This document shows positions 10,201-23,259 of a DNA stretch of 64,000 nucleotides, one piece after another (position 1 is the stretch's first letter; the number at the start of each line of letters is the position of its first letter). The translations under genes and the position numbers were made by a program. Location of the stretch: assembly GCA_025594325.1 (NCBI GenBank), contig JANHCV010000011.1, positions 1,426,001 to 1,490,000 on the forward strand. The letters run 5' to 3'. The notes under the pieces were generated by a model that was not told the origin of the DNA, did not search any database, and saw nothing but the letters and a program-made list of their open reading frames with translations. Origin of the DNA: Blastocladiella emersonii ATCC 22665. Lineage: Eukaryota > Fungi > Blastocladiomycota.

Positions 10201-12460
10201 ATGAGCTTCAACGGCAGCCAGGGCGGCACGTCCGTGCAACCCGTCAACCCTCTTGCTCCTATGCAAACGCCCGTGAACGGCGTCAATAACCCAGGTGCCA
10301 TCTCGGGGAACGGTAACGGAAACATGGGCGCCGGCGCAGGCAATGCAAACGCCATCGGCGCGAGTCCAGCCAGCCAGACCTCCGCGGAGAGTGGTATCTC
10401 GACGCCCGGCGCCAACAACGCCGCCACCTCGAGCGCTGCTGTGACATGCCCCGTCACCCTCCCGAACCCCTACCCTCAGACTTCTACCCGCGACCTTCCA
10501 GTCACCGACGTCTTAAACAAACACAACCAGTGCAAAAACGGGAAGCCCGCCTCGGCCAACACGTCCGTCTCGGAGCCTCTCTGCAGACTCATGGCCGACC
10601 TCGACGGGCAGGTCGCTCTGCTCGGACAGTTCTCGATCCGTGGGTGTATTGTGCTTTCAGAGGGCTCGGCGAACGGTACGCCGCTCAAGATGCTGTGCAC
10701 CAACGACCACGGTATCCCCCCGGGCCCGAACAATTTTCCGTTTCCGCGCGACCTCCTTGCAACGGCGACCGTCGTGCGCCTTGATACGTCGTCAGCCGGT
10801 TCGACTCCCACGAATCTCATGACGTTCTCGCCTGCTGGGAATACGGTGGTCGAGTGCGCGCCGAGTTTGTGCGGCAAGTTCTCGCTCGGCGGCACGGCGC
10901 TGACAACGCAGGAGCTTCCCCTCACCAGCGCGCAGGACAAGCCGGAGGGCGCGACCGCGTTCCTTCATGGGTGCCTCGTCAACATCAAGACGAAGGCCGA
11001 GGCGTGCAGTTGGCTCACCCTTGCGCCTCCTCGGACCACCAACGGCCCCATCACGCGCGCTGGCGTCACGAGCTCGGTGCACTGCGGCTCCGCCGCGTCC
11101 GAGATCATCAAGACGGCCACCGCCCTGTCGGTGGGCTCGGTGGGCTCGGGCAACCCGTCATCTTCGGCCACGGGCAACGGCAGCAGCTCCGACAACACGA
11201 CCGCCAACGCCGCCAACTCGACCTCGACCAACGGCAAGCTCGGCGGGCTCGCCATTTTCGGGATCGTCGCGGCCGCGCTTGCCGTCATCTTCGGGGTACG
11301 CTCTCGCCGATCTCCTCGACCGTCACGTCATGAATCGCTGACCCGTCGTCCTACCCCTCGCGTAGTTTGCGCTCGGCGGTTTCGTGCTCCGCAAGCGCCG
11401 TCGCGCGGGCGGCAACAGCAACCGCAAGAGCGCACGCGCGCTGCTCGGGACAGCCGGCGACGATGCGGACCCGTTCGCCTCGCGTCGCACCTCGTCGGCG
11501 GGACTCATGTACGGCGCGCAGTCCACGCCGCCGGCGCTCGCCCCGGTGCAGGCGTACGCGCCGCAGCAGCAGCAGCCGCACGACTATCAGCAGTACCAGG
11601 CGTCGGGCTCGCCCGACCGCGGCGCGGCGCTCCACATCCCGGTGCCGAACAGCGGCGCGTCCATGTCGTACCCGTCGCCGACGGCGCCGTCGTACGGCGA
11701 GCTTGCTGCCCCGCCCATCGCCGCGGCGGCGGTTGCGGCCGCGTCGTCGTCGACGATCCTGCGCGTGCCGACGGTGCCGCGGAAGCAGCTTGACCTGTCC
11801 GGGTACACGACGTACTCTGTGGCGGACCTGGCCAAGCGCAAGCCGCGCGGTCCCGTGGCGGCGGTGGCCGAGGGCGAGGCGGGCACGGGCGCGTCGCTGG
11901 AGCGGCCGAGCTCGGTGGCGCAGCTGGGCGACCTCATGTCCGAGGACTCGCTGCAGAGCGTGGTGGACGCGTACGAGTCGCTGTTCAACGCGTACGAGGG
12001 CCACGCGCGGCGCATGGCGTCGGGGTCGCTCGCGCGCAACTACTCGGTTCGGTCGGCGGCGCCCGGCGGCGCGCTGGGCAACCCGCGGCGCGACCGCGCC
12101 GAGCGCATGGCGGGCGACCTCGCGGGCGTGCTCAAGGCGATGCAGGCGGCGGTGTCGTCGTCGGGGCTCGCGACGGCGTCGCGCACGGCGCCGACCAGCA
12201 CCAGCGGCGGGGCGGCGATCCCGCGCGACCTGGTCGAGATGGCGGGCGACGTGTTTGCGCGGATGCGGCGGTTCATCCCGCACGGCGTGCTGGTGGTGGC
12301 CCCGGCGCGCGCGGCGCTCCACGAGACGACGATGCACGTGTACTGCGAGTCCGAGGAGGCGGGCAGCGCCAACTCGACGGTGGTGGCGACCGTGTGGCCC
12401 GGGTGGATGAGCCCGGCGGACGGGCGCGTTCTTTGCAAGACCCGCGTCATGGTCGAGTAG
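10201..12460 (+). CDS. Single-pass membrane protein, family member B; intron 11296-11365
   Basis: LCRLM..RGCIV, AFLHGCL, ACSW; TM LAIFGIVAAALAVIFG|FALGGFVL then RKRRR; SLQSVVDAYESLF and TVWPGW..DGRV motifs. Confidence 0.8.
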
Positions 12461-13310
12461 TTGTTATCGAGTGTCTCCCTCCCGTTTTTGTATCCGCATT
12501 TATCTTAGAAATCATCCACTGCACAATCCTTTTTTTGTTTCTCACGGTGACCGTGGCCGTGGCCGAGGCGCTGGTTCCAAAGGTCAAGGCGAGACGCGTC
12601 CTGAAGTGCGAGACGCGGGACGTCACGCCGTGGCGCACGGGAGACCATGGTGCCACTTTCAACACCGGTCCCCGCACGGTAACCAACTTAATCGGCGGCC
12701 GTGATTCCCATGCACTCCGCTCGCTGCCTCGGTGGCCGTGGGAGCGGGCCGAATTTGAGGGTGCTGCTGGGTCGAGTCAGCGGGGCGCGGGTGGCCGGCT
12801 CGGCGGCAGGGGACACGCGCCCGCCGCTCCCGCCCTCCCTCAGCCGCGCTCCCTCCCCACAGCCCACAGCGACTGGCTGTCCATGCAACGCGATCGCTGA
12901 CCACGCCCGCCGCGGCCGCCCATGAAGCTGAACCCACCGCGACCCCCGGCAACCCACCCTCGCGGCTGACCTCCACCGACTGCCGGCCGCGCCTCGCCCC
13001 ACATCCATCCCGCGCCCGCGCAACTGCGGCGACCTGCTCCCGATCCGCTCCTCTGCGCGTGCGCTCGAGTGTCGCCATCCGCGCTTCCTCGCGCTCGCCG
13101 CCTTCGCGCCATCGTCGCTGAACGGCCGGCTGCGCCCGCCGATTCCTCGCGACTCGACTTGCCCGTTTGGGCCCGTGGTGGCGCGCCTTGTCCTCTGTTC
13201 CTGCTGCTGCGTTGCTGTTCATCTCCCCTCCCGCTCCGCGCCGACCTCGACCTCGACCTCAAAGCTCCGCTGAGCGCGACCACGCAACCTGATCCTCGCC
13301 ACGCATCACC

Positions 13311-16300
13311 ATGGCCGACGCGGGCTCCTCGATCCAGGTCTTCGTGCGGGTCCGGTGCGTGTCCTCGCGTCCGCCTGCCGCGCCACCCATCGCGGAGCGC
13401 TGACCTCGCGCGCACGCGCGCCCATCTAGCCCGCTCAACCCGCGCGAGCGGTCCGCCGCCTCGGACGTGTGCGTGAGCGTGAGCCCCGACGGCGCCTCCA
13501 TCTCCATCACCGCCGCCCCCAATGCTGCGACGTCGTCAGGCGCTGCCAGCACGCCGCCCGCGAGCGCGCGTAACTCGGTCATCAGCCTCGCCTCGGTCGC
13601 TTCCGCAAACTCGGGCAAGCGCAACTCGGTCCTCTCCACCACGGGCGGCGGGCCCGTCGTCGCCGACTCGGGCGCCGCCTCCGTCAAGAACACGTTCGCC
13701 TTCGACCAGTGCTTCCAGGCCTCCGCCGACGACTCGCCCGGCATCGACCAGGAGCGCGTGTTTGACGCGGTCGCGCGCCCGCTGCTCGATCACGCGTTTA
13801 CCGGGTACAATGTGTGCCTCTTTGCCTGTACGCTGCCTCTCGTTTATTTCTCCGAGGAATCGCGGCTGACTGGTCTCTTGGACCGCGCGTAGATGGACAG
13901 ACCGGGAGCGGCAAGGTACACTGACCGCCGCCCTGCGCCCGCCTGACCCACTCCACGCGCTCACACGCGTACCGTTCGCCGTAGACGTACACCATGATGG
14001 GCCGCCAGGGCGACGGCAACGCCGGCATCATCCCGCGCGCCAGCGCCTACCTCTTCGACGAGATCGCGCGCCGCTCCGCCGCCGACCCGAACGTGTCCTT
14101 CAACGTGGAGCTGAGCTACCTCGAAATCTACTGCGAGAAGGTCAAGGACCTGCTCAACCCGCTCAACAAGGCCAAGCTGCGCGTCCGCGAGCACCCGATC
14201 CTCGGACCTTACGTCGAGGACCTCAGCAAGCTCATCCTTACCTCGGGCGAGGACCTGCTCCGCCTCGTCGAGACGGGCAACCAGCTGCGCACCGTCGCTG
14301 CCACCAACATGAACGACACGTCCTCGCGCTCCCACGCCGTGTTCCAGGTCATCCTCACCCAGAAGCGCTTCGACGATGAGACGGGCATGTCCAGCGAGAA
14401 GGTGTCGCGCATCTCGTTTGTCGATCTGGTACGCCGCTTTTCCGCTCACTGCGCACAGTCATCGGCTGACGTTATCGACTCCGAACTAGGCCGGCAGCGA
14501 ACGCGCCAACTCGACGGGCGCCACGGGCCAGCGGCTCAAGGAGGGCGCCAACATTAACAAGTCGCTCACGTCGCTCGGCAAGGTCATCTCGGCGCTCGCC
14601 GACCTCGGCGCTGGCCGCGCCTCCAAGAACGCGCACGTCCCGTACCGCGACTCGGTTCTCACCTGGCTGCTCAAGGACTCGCTCGGCGGCAACTCCAAGA
14701 CCCACATGATCAGCTGCGTCTCGCCCGCCTCCATCAACGCCAGCGAGTCGCTCTCGACGCTGCGCTACTCGGACCGCGCCAAGCGCATCGTCAACAAGGC
14801 CAAGGTCAACGAGGACCCCAACGCCAAGCTCATCGCCGACCTCAAGGCCGAGATCGAGCTGCTGCGCCGCAAGCTCATGGAGGCCGGGTCCATGGGCGAG
14901 CTCGGCACTGGCAGCGGAACCAGCACCTCGCCGCCGACGGGCACCGCATCCGCCGCCGTCTCGACGGCCGTGTCCACCTCGCCAACCGCCAGCAGCAGCA
15001 ACGGTGGGACCCCCGTCAACACGCCGCCGCATTCGGCGTCGGGTTCCGCGCCGCCCGAGGCCATCTCGCACCTCAAGGACAAGCTCATGTCCAGCGAGAA
15101 GCTGATGCGCGAGCTGAACGAGACGTGGGAGGAGAAGCTGCGGCGCACGCAGCAGCTGGCGCAAGAAAAGGAGCGCGTGCTGCAGGAGCTCGGGATCAGC
15201 ATCGGCAACGGTCACGTCGGCATCACGTCGCCCAAGCGGCACCCGCACCTGCTCAACCAGCAGCCCAACTCGCTCAACGAGTCGCTCATCTACACGCTGC
15301 CGCCGGGCAAGACGGGCATCGGGTCCGCGACCGACGCCGAGGTGCGCCTCGACAAGCTCAAGTCGTGCCACGCCATCATCTACAACTCGGACCACGTCGT
15401 GCTGCTGCAGCCGCGCGGGCCCGACATCTACGTCAACTCGCGCGAGGTCACCAAGACCACCATCCTGCAGTCGGGCGACCAGGTCCGCCTCCAGGAGTAC
15501 CTGTTCCGGTTCATCCACCCAAGACGGAAAACGCTCTCCATGGGCGGCCTCTCCAACCCGCACCTCCCGCGCCGCAACCCGATGAAGCTGCTCACGTCGC
15601 GCCTGCGCGACCAGGCGCTCTGGAAGCGCAAGCAGCGCGGCCTGTTCGCCGACATCCGCCAGCAGTGCGGCCTCGTCAAGCGCGCCAACGTCATGGCCAA
15701 GGAGCTCGGGTACAACGTCGTGTACCAGCTGCACCTGCACCAGGAGCCCGTCCTCGGCGGACACGCGTCCGCTGCCGCGGCGCCGGCGTCCGCGGTGGGT
15801 GAGGCCGTCACGTCGCCGACCACGCCGTCGGCCGCCGCCATCGCGTCCTCGGACACGGGCCAGCTGCGGCTCGACGTGCGCGTGTACGACCTCGACGTGC
15901 GCGCGGTGCGGTACTGGTCACTCAAGGAGTTCAACCTGCGGCTGGTCGAAATGGACCAGGTGTACACGCAGAACGTGGCCCTCGAGCACAACCCGTTCCT
16001 CCCCGGGTACGCCACGACCGACCCGACCACGGGCGAGGTCGCGGCCGAGCCCGATACCGCGACGCACGTCGGGACCGCGCAGGCCGCGCTCTCGCACGCC
16101 GGCGACGTCACGGTGGCCGTCGTCTCGACGCTCGCCGAGCGCACCGTCATCGGCACGCTCCAGGTCCACATTGCCCCGCGCGTCGGGTTTGTCGACGTCA
16201 ACGTCATGGAGTTTTGCGAGCGCGGCACCGGCGCCGAGCTTGACGCGTTCCGAATCGCGATGCGCGTCGGCAACACCGTGCACTGGACCGAGACCGTCGA

Positions 16301-18701
16301 GGGGTTCCAGGGCGCTGGATCCGTGCCGTTCCTCGCGTCCGCGTCGTTCCCCGTGCTGCTCCCGAGCGTGCTCGATCCCACGGCTGCCGGTGGGTCCGCA
16401 CCTTCGCCGTCGGTCCTTACGTCCGCGATCCTGCGCCAAACCACGGGCAAACCCGGGGGCCGCGGCGCGCCTCCGCTCCCGCCTGCGCCCGCCATCACCT
16501 TCGAGGTGTACGCGCAGATCACGGCGCCGCTGATGCCGTTGGTGCTGCGCGAGGTGGACGTGGACCGGATAGCCATCGAGCGGTCGCCCGAGGTCGGCTC
16601 GGGGCCCGTCAAGCACCACGTGTACGCGAACGTGCAGGTGCGGCAGCTCGACGAGAACGGGTTCTTTGTGCCGTGCCCCGTCGACCAGCCGCGCGACAAC
16701 TTGCAGCGGCCGCCCGTCCTGCGGCTCCGGCACGGCATGCTGCGGCGGCTGCACCTGACGCTGGCGTCGCCGCGGTCGCAGCCCGCGGTCGGCGTGCTGC
16801 GCATCGAGCTCGGCAACTGGCGGTGGCTCGCCGCGGGGACCCAGGTGATCCACGGCGGGACCGCGCTCGACCTCCCGATCCTGCGCGAGACGCGCGGCGA
16901 GCCCCGCGGCGCGCACCTCGTCACGTCGGTCGAGTGCGCGTGGGACTCGTCGCTGCACGACTTCTTCTACCTCAACCGGCCATCGCCGCCCGACTCGGGC
17001 CTGCTCCTCGCGACCGCGACCATCGAGACGTCCGAGGGATGGACGCTCGCGCTCGACCTCGCGTTCGTGTCGACGATGCGCGGCGGGTCCGGCGACGGCG
17101 TCGCGCGGTCCGCGCTCGCCATCTGGAGCGTCCAGCGCGCGCCCGCGCACCTCACCGTCACAGAGTACGTGCGCGGCGAGGAGTCGCTCGGCGCCTTCTA
17201 CGTCCTCGGCACGCGCGACGGCGGCGCCGGCATGATGTCGCGCGCCGTCGAGCACCGCGTCTGGGAGACCCAGCTGCGCGAGGTTGAGCGCACCCGCGCG
17301 TGGCTTGCGCGGCGGGCCGCCGTCGCGGCCGCGGCCAAGGACAAGGACCTGCCCCCGCTGCCCGCCGCGCCACCGCTCTCGGCGTCGCCTGTCGTGGCGG
17401 AAGGCGTCCTGGACGACGGTGCGCCGCGGCATCGGCGCCAGGTTCTTGCCGTTGACGATCTCGAGCTCGAGGACGACGACGGTTTGGGAGATGACGACGA
17501 GGATGACGGGGACACGACGGTCGTCAACGTCGCCAACGACGACCAGGTCGAGCCCGAGTCCAACTCAAAACGGAACCGACCACGACCGCCGCCTCTCGCG
17601 CCCGTCGCCGCCGCCGTATCATCCGCTGCAGCCACGGGCCCGAGCCCGCGCACCAGCAGTCTCCACCGAAAACCCCTCCCGCTCGCGCCCGTGGCCTCAC
17701 CCTCGCCCGCGCCGCCGCGGTCGCCCATGGACAGCCTCGGCAGCGGGAGCAGCAGCAACGGCAGCTTCCGTTCGCTGACGCCTCCGTACGGGCTATCGTC
17801 GGCGCCCACGAGTCCGACGGCCGACACGCACCCGCCGCCGCGGCCACCGCCCAAGTCGGCGATCATGCTGCTCCAGATGGCGCTGACGCTGTGGACGCGG
17901 CCGCCGCTCGAGCCCGTGCTGCCGTCGCTCGCGCGCGTGCGCCAGTTCACGCACTCTGCACTCGCCCGGCGCGAGCACGTGCTGTGCGACCAGGTCGCGA
18001 CGCTGCCGCCCGTCGCCAAGCGCGGGTACCTGCAGATGTTTGCCGAGTACGCACCGCCGCCAGCACCCGTCGCGGGAGGCACGCCGGTCGTGTCGTCGAC
18101 GCCGCTCGCGCCGCTCAGCCGTGCGGGGTCCGCGGCGCTGTCGACGGCATCGCTCAGCCGAGCGGGGTCCGCGGCGCTGTCGGCGGCGTCGCTGACGAGC
18201 AGCAGCGCGGGCGAGTGGACGCGGGTGTGGGTGGTGATCCGGCGGCCGTACATATTACTGTACGAGACGGCGGACGAGCACACGGAGGTGGCGGTGCTGC
18301 ACCTGGTCAACGCCAAGGTCGAGTACCAGAGCGACGCGCTGCCCGAGGCGGAGCCGGCGTGGACGTCGTTTGCGCTGCTGACGCCCGAGTACCGGTACCA
18401 CTTCAAGACGCCGACGCACGCCGACCTCGTGGCGTGGGTGTCGACCATCGACCCGCTGCACGTCGCGGCGCTGCAGTCGAACCGCATCGGGATCGGCGCC
18501 GGGATCGGGATCGGCCTGGGTGTCGGCGCGGGCGTCGCGGCCATGGCCGAGCGCAGCAGGGCCGCCGCCGCGGGAAGGCAGCAGGTCAACCAGCGCACGT
18601 CCATCTCGTCGCTGGCCGCGGCGTTCTTCCGGCGGTCGTCGGCCTCGGTCATCTCGACGGCGGGGCTCGGGCTCGGGACGGGCACGCACGGCGGGCTGTA
18701 G
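13311..18701 (+). CDS. unc-104: Kinesin-3 (UNC-104/KIF1-like): motor, FHA, stalk and C-terminal PH domain
   Basis: [58 protein letters not shown]; FHA (LQSGDQVRL); PH ([16 protein letters not shown]...WVSTID). Confidence 0.93.
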
Positions 18702-18910
18702 CGAGAGGAGACTCGGGGTTGGTTTTGTGTCTGGTTCTATACTATCATGGAGTGTCTTTGACTTTTTGTAACTATACCGCATTCTTGCTTGCTCTTGCAC
18801 ACAACGAGTCTCTCTGTTACGTGATATCTTAACTGCGCGGCCACGGCGATGGCCGCGAAAGGAATGGGATGGGATGAGATATGAACAAAAACCTCGCTCG
18901 CGCTGCAAGC

Positions 18911-20315
18911 TCACCACCACTCGTCGTACCCGACGGCCGGCATGAGGAACAGCTTGACGGGGACGACGGTCCGCACGCGGCCCGTGTGTCCGTCGCGCTG
19001 CTGCAGGGCCCACCCGGGGAACACGGTGCCGGCGACGACCATGGGGCACACGTGCGCCTCGCCGTCCATGCCCATGCCTGCGGGCGGCGGCATCGCGTGG
19101 TACGTCCAGGTCGCAGCGCGCCCGGCCACGTCGTCGAGTGGGACGGGTCCGGGGCCGACGTCCACGAGCGTCAGCGTGCCCTCGTTGCCCGCGGGACCGA
19201 GGTGCCGCGCGGCGCGCGCGAGGACTGAGCGCGCGTGGTCGACGAGCGCCCATTCCTCGGTCTCGACGCGCGGGGCGGCGGGGTCGGGCGCGTGGACCTG
19301 GTCACTGGCGGAAGGCGGCGGCGGGCGCGGGGTCGGGATGCGCGTGTCAGGGACCCCGAGTCGGGCGACGAGGCGTGCCGTGGCCGCGCACAGAGCGGCG
19401 GCGTGGATGGCGCGGCGGTGGGCAATGGTGACGGCGGCGGCCGGGTCGGCGGCGACGGGCGCGGCGAGCGGGCGGTGCAGGCGCTCGAGCGACAGGAAGA
19501 TGGACTCCCACTCGTCGGCGAGCGACTGCAGCGTATCAGGCGGGATCGAGAGCGGCGGCGGCGGCAGGCGCAGCATGGCGACCGGGTACAGGTGGCGGTT
19601 GTCGTGGCAAAAGTGGGCCGCGGCGCCGGCGGGGAACGGGAGGGCGGCGGCCGCAGCGTAGTGGTTTGCGGAGACGTGATGGTGCTCGTGGCTCTCGTGG
19701 TGCGCCGTAGTCGCGGCGGCGGCGGTGACGAGGCGGTCGTAGGCGGTGCGGGTGGGGTGGTGGCTCGGCGAGTAGGGCGGGCGCGGGCCGTGGGCCATGG
19801 GGACGGCCGGGTGGCCCGGGATGCGGTGGCGGTCGGCGTAGTCGCGGCGGCGCTTGCGGGCGACGACGAGGGCGACCTGGCGCGAGGCGGATCGGAGCGT
19901 CAGCAGTGCGTGCGATGGGTGCAAGTGCGAGTCGGCGTACCAGGCCAATCGCGGCCAGCACGCCGAGGGCAATCAGGCCAAACTGCAGGCCGTAGGACGT
20001 GGAGCCGTCGGGCTTGGCGCTGTTGTCGCCGCTCACGTTGCCCGAGCTGCCGCCGTTCGCGCCGGCGGGACTGGTGCCCGTCCCGGACGGCGGGAGCTGC
20101 GCGGATGCCGGCGTGCCCGGTCCGGCGGTCTGAACTGGAGGCGTGGTGTCGGTTCCGCCGCCGACGGTGGCCGAAGCGGCGGGCGGTGGAGCCGGCGCGT
20201 TGGTCGCCCCGCTGCCGCTCCCGCCGCTGGACGGCGCATCGACGGCGACCGTGGTGGTGGTCGCCGGCACGGCGGGAACGGGCGCGGGCGGATCGTATCG
20301 CCGAGCGAGTCCCAT
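18911..20315 (-). CDS. Single-pass membrane protein, family member D (short S/T/P/G-rich N-part); intron 19877-19940
   Basis: TM FGLIALGVLAAIGL|VALVVA then RKRRR; TLQSLADEWESIF and TVFPGW..GRV motifs shared with B and C. Confidence 0.75.
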
Positions 20316-21072
20316 GGTCGGTCGGAGGATGGACTCGGGCGTGGCGTGCAAGGATGCAAGAAGTGCGAGGCCGAGGCGGGCAGTTTAGCGCAGCTGCGTG
20401 GACGAGTGCATGAGCGAATGAAGGCGGCGGTGGCGAGCGAGGGCCGGTGCGGGGAGAGGGGAGAAGACGTAGCTCCCGGCCGGGGACCGCGGCGAACGCG
20501 ACGCGTCTCTCGCCGCCGCGTGCGTGTGAGCAGCCCCACACGTGTTTTCGCGACGCGTCACAACTCTTGTTCCCTCGGACCATCCCGGGGGATCGAGTCG
20601 CGACTAAACCGACCGCAACCTCGATGGGTCGACCTGACGCTGTGCTGGGACGCTCATCCGTGCGTTGCTGGCGCCAGCGGCGGGTGGAAACCACACGCCC
20701 TTTGCCGCTCCGAAGAGACGAGCCTCATATCTCGAACAAGCACCGCCGGCAGCGACCCGTCTGAGCGTCCCGATGGACCGCGAGACGAGCGCGCGCGGGC
20801 TTCGAACCTGGCCGTATCTGTCCGTTCGCCGCCAAACTCTGGACTGGGCGTCTCCACGACACCAATGGCGCATTGCACCGAGTCGCTACGCCCAGACCTT
20901 CACGCAGCGGGCAGCAGGTGGAGGTGGAGCGGACGAAAGCCCGCACGTGAGCTGAAGAACGCGTCGCTCCTCGCTTGCCTTGGCGCCGCCGACCGCCCGC
21001 CGAGGGCGCCCCCCTTCGCTTCTCGCTCCCGCTCCCCCAACACGGCTCGCCAGAGAGAGCGCACTCACACCT

Positions 21073-21086
21073 TGCAACGTATCGAC
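21073..21086 (+). promoter_or_regulatory. TGCAACGTATCGAC 5' motif
   Basis: Ends 4 nt before ATG 21091; exact match to 10121-10134. Confidence 0.5.
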
Positions 21087-21090
21087 TACC

Positions 21091-23183
21091 ATGCCGCCCG
21101 CCGCCCCCGCCTTCACCCGAGGTGCGGCCTCACCGCGGACCGCCGCCGCCACTCGATCTCTCACGGCCGCGTCGGCACTCTCGTAGAGTCGATCTGGGCG
21201 TGCCTGCCCGCCACCACGCGCGGTCAGCCCGTCCAGCTCGACGCCCACCCCGCCGGCAAGTCGTTCCTCTACACCAACGGCCGCTCCGTCATCATCCGCG
21301 ACCTCGCCGTGCGTGTCTCGCCCTCCTCGCTCGCCCCTTCTCTCCTTGCGCAAACTCACACCTGTACTCTCACAGCACCCCGAGCTCGCTACCGAGTACA
21401 CGGGACACTCGTTCGGCGTCAACGTCGCCCGCTTCGCTCCCTCGGGCTACTACATTGCCTCGGGCGGTACGGCCCACCCCCTACCCGTTACCCGCAACCA
21501 CGACCAACCCCCACTCACACTCGCGCACCCCCACATCCAGACGTCCGCGGCAACGTGCGCATCTGGGACGCCACCCAGCCCGAGCAGATCCTCAAGGCAG
21601 AGTACCAGCCCCTCTCGGGTACCATCAACGACCTCACCTGGGACTCCGAGTCCAAGCGCCTCATCGCCGTCGGTGACGGCCGCGACAAGTTCGGCCACGC
21701 CTTCGCCTTCGACACGGGCTCGTCCGTCGGCGAGATCGTCGGCCACAACAAGGTCGTCAACGCCGTCTCCATCCGCCCCTGCCGCCCCTTCCGCGCCGTC
21801 ACCTGCTCCGACGACATGACCGTCAACTTCTTCAACGGCGTCCCCTACAAGTTCGCCCACTCCATCTCCGACCACACCCGCTTCGTCACCTCGGTCCGCT
21901 TCAGCCCCAACGGCGCCCACTTCGCCTCGGTCGGCCTCGACGGCAAGATCTTCCTCTACGACGGCGCCACGGGTAACAAAGTCAAGGAGGTCACCGACCC
22001 CGACGCCCACCACAAGGGCGGCATCTTCGCCCTCTCGTGGTCGCCCGACGCCAAGCAGTTCATCACCTCCTCGGCCGACTCCACCGTCAAGCTGTGGGAC
22101 GCCGAGACCAGCAAGGTCGTCAACACCTGGCACCTCGACCCCAACGCCTCCTTCGGCATCCACCACCAGCAGGTCGGCAACCTGTGGCGCGGCGACTGGC
22201 TCCTCTCCACCTCGCTCTCGGGCGACATGCACTATCTCGACCCCAAGACTGGCGCCGTCGCACGCACCGTCACCGGCCACCAGAAGAACATCACCGCCAT
22301 GACCTTCCACGCCGACTCGCGCACCCTCTTCACCGCCTCCTACGACGGCAACGTCCGCGCCTGGCACGAGGACGCTGCCGACGCCGGTGCGACCGCCACG
22401 GCCGTCGCGGGCGACGCCGCCACCACCACGCAGGTCCAGGACCTGACCCTCGCCGCCAAGGACGACGACGCCGCCCACGTCATCGCCATCGACATGGACG
22501 ACACCCTGCGCACCATCCGCGGCACCGCCTTCGCGGGCGCCGCGACCAAGCTGCCCGCCCAGCCCTCGTCCGTCGCCGCGGCCAACGGCGGCACGCGGTA
22601 CGTGGCCACCACGGGCGGCGTGTTCGCCGTGTCCGCGTCGGGCGCCACGACCCCCGTCACCACGGCCCCCGCCAACGTGACCGTCGTCGCCACGTCGGCC
22701 GACCGCATGCACCTCGCCATGGGCACCGCCGACCGCACCGTGGTCGTGGCCGCGCTCGACCCCGCCACGGGCGTCGTGACCAACCCGGCCGTCGCCAAGT
22801 TCGAGAACTCCAAGGGCGCCGTGACCGCCATCGCCTTCGAGCCGACCGCGGGCAACCTGCTCGCCGTGGGCGACGCCGGCGGCAAGATCCTCGTCTACAA
22901 CATCGCCGACGCCGCCATCGCCCTCAACCAGTGGGTGTTCCACACGGCGCGCATCACCAGCGTCGCGTGGTCCGCGTCGGGCAACCACGCCGTGTCCACG
23001 TCGCTCGACACGGCCGTCGCCGTCTGGTCGCGCGCCGCGCCCATGCAGCACGTCATGATCCGCAACGCCCACGTCGACGCCGCGGTCTCGGCCGTGTTTG
23101 TCGGCGACGACGTGGTTGCGAGCGCGGGCGCCGACGGGTGCGTCAAGCACTGGAAGATTGCCAAGATGCCCGGCTCCGCCTGA
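21091..23183 (+). CDS. AIP1: Actin-interacting protein 1 (WDR1), WD40 repeats
   Basis: PATTRGQP, YTNGRSVIIR, ASGDVRGNVRIWD, DLTWDSESKRLIAVGDGRDKFG, RPFRAVTCSDD, FFNGVPYKF. Confidence 0.95.
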
Positions 23184-23259
23184 GCGGGTCACCGAGAGCA
23201 GTAGTGTGCCATGTTAACAAAGATTTTTGATTATCGAACCACGCGCGCGCGAACCAGAA

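Noticed and set aside
14472-18685. Several 400-500 aa minus-strand ORFs over the kinesin
   Set aside because: Shadow ORFs from codon bias.
19854-21090. N-terminal extension of the 1109-aa ORF ending at 23183
   Set aside because: Antisense to gene D plus intergenic DNA; AIP1 similarity starts at ATG 21091.
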